DNA of 50,074 nucleotides, filler included, from Perkinsus olseni (Eukaryota): NCBI GenBank assembly GCA_013115125.1. It is 2 parts of 2 records of this genome, joined end to end, with 100 filler letters (N's around TTAATTAATTAA, not from the genome) between each part and the next. Parts side by side here need not be neighbours in the genome. Positions count along the whole stretch, not along the records: positions 25,099 to 50,074 come from JABANN010000502.1; 1 more part is not named here. One strand, 5' to 3'. Shown piece by piece: positions 49,997 to 50,074 of this stretch (position 1 is its first letter; each line of letters starts with the position of its first letter). The notes under the pieces were generated by a model. It saw only the letters and a program-made list of their open reading frames with translations, ran no database searches and was not told where the DNA came from. The position numbers and the translations under genes were made by a program.

Positions 49997-50074
49997 GAAG
50001 GAAGATTACCTAAGGCGGCAATGTAAAAGAAGTGAGTGAATTGTTGGGATGGATTATCCTCAAGATGAAGTTGT

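Overview
Eukaryotic protist DNA with short spliceosomal introns. Gene content (algal/plant-type IspD, intronless secreted pepsin-like protease, 45-90 nt introns including GC-AG) points to Perkinsus or a related myzozoan alveolate; this is inferred, not searched. Two unrelated contigs are joined by an artificial 100-nt spacer (44 N + TTAATTAATTAA + 44 N, 24999-25098). The left contig has about 2 kb of transposon-like debris, then an AT-rich block saturated with trinucleotide repeats. It carries eight consecutive + strand genes: TMBIM/Bax inhibitor, a coiled-coil protein, a Rubicon-homology protein, a probable mitochondrial membrane protein, RluA pseudouridine synthase, a TPR-SET-HhH protein, IspD and a hypothetical protein. 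These converge on two - strand genes, a hypothetical protein and the 3' end of COG4. The right contig is GC-balanced, with an aspartic protease, a COPI-associated membrane protein, secreted lineage-specific proteins, a cyclophilin, an FkbM methyltransferase, a 3.2-3.7 kb tandem duplication and gene fragments. The most interesting signals are spliceosomal introns made of tRNA 3'-half sequence, a highly structured 267-nt COG4 intron, a SET protein with its halves in apparently permuted order, and a plastid-type ispD hidden in repeat-rich DNA. Gene models were spliced by eye, so exon boundaries are approximate.
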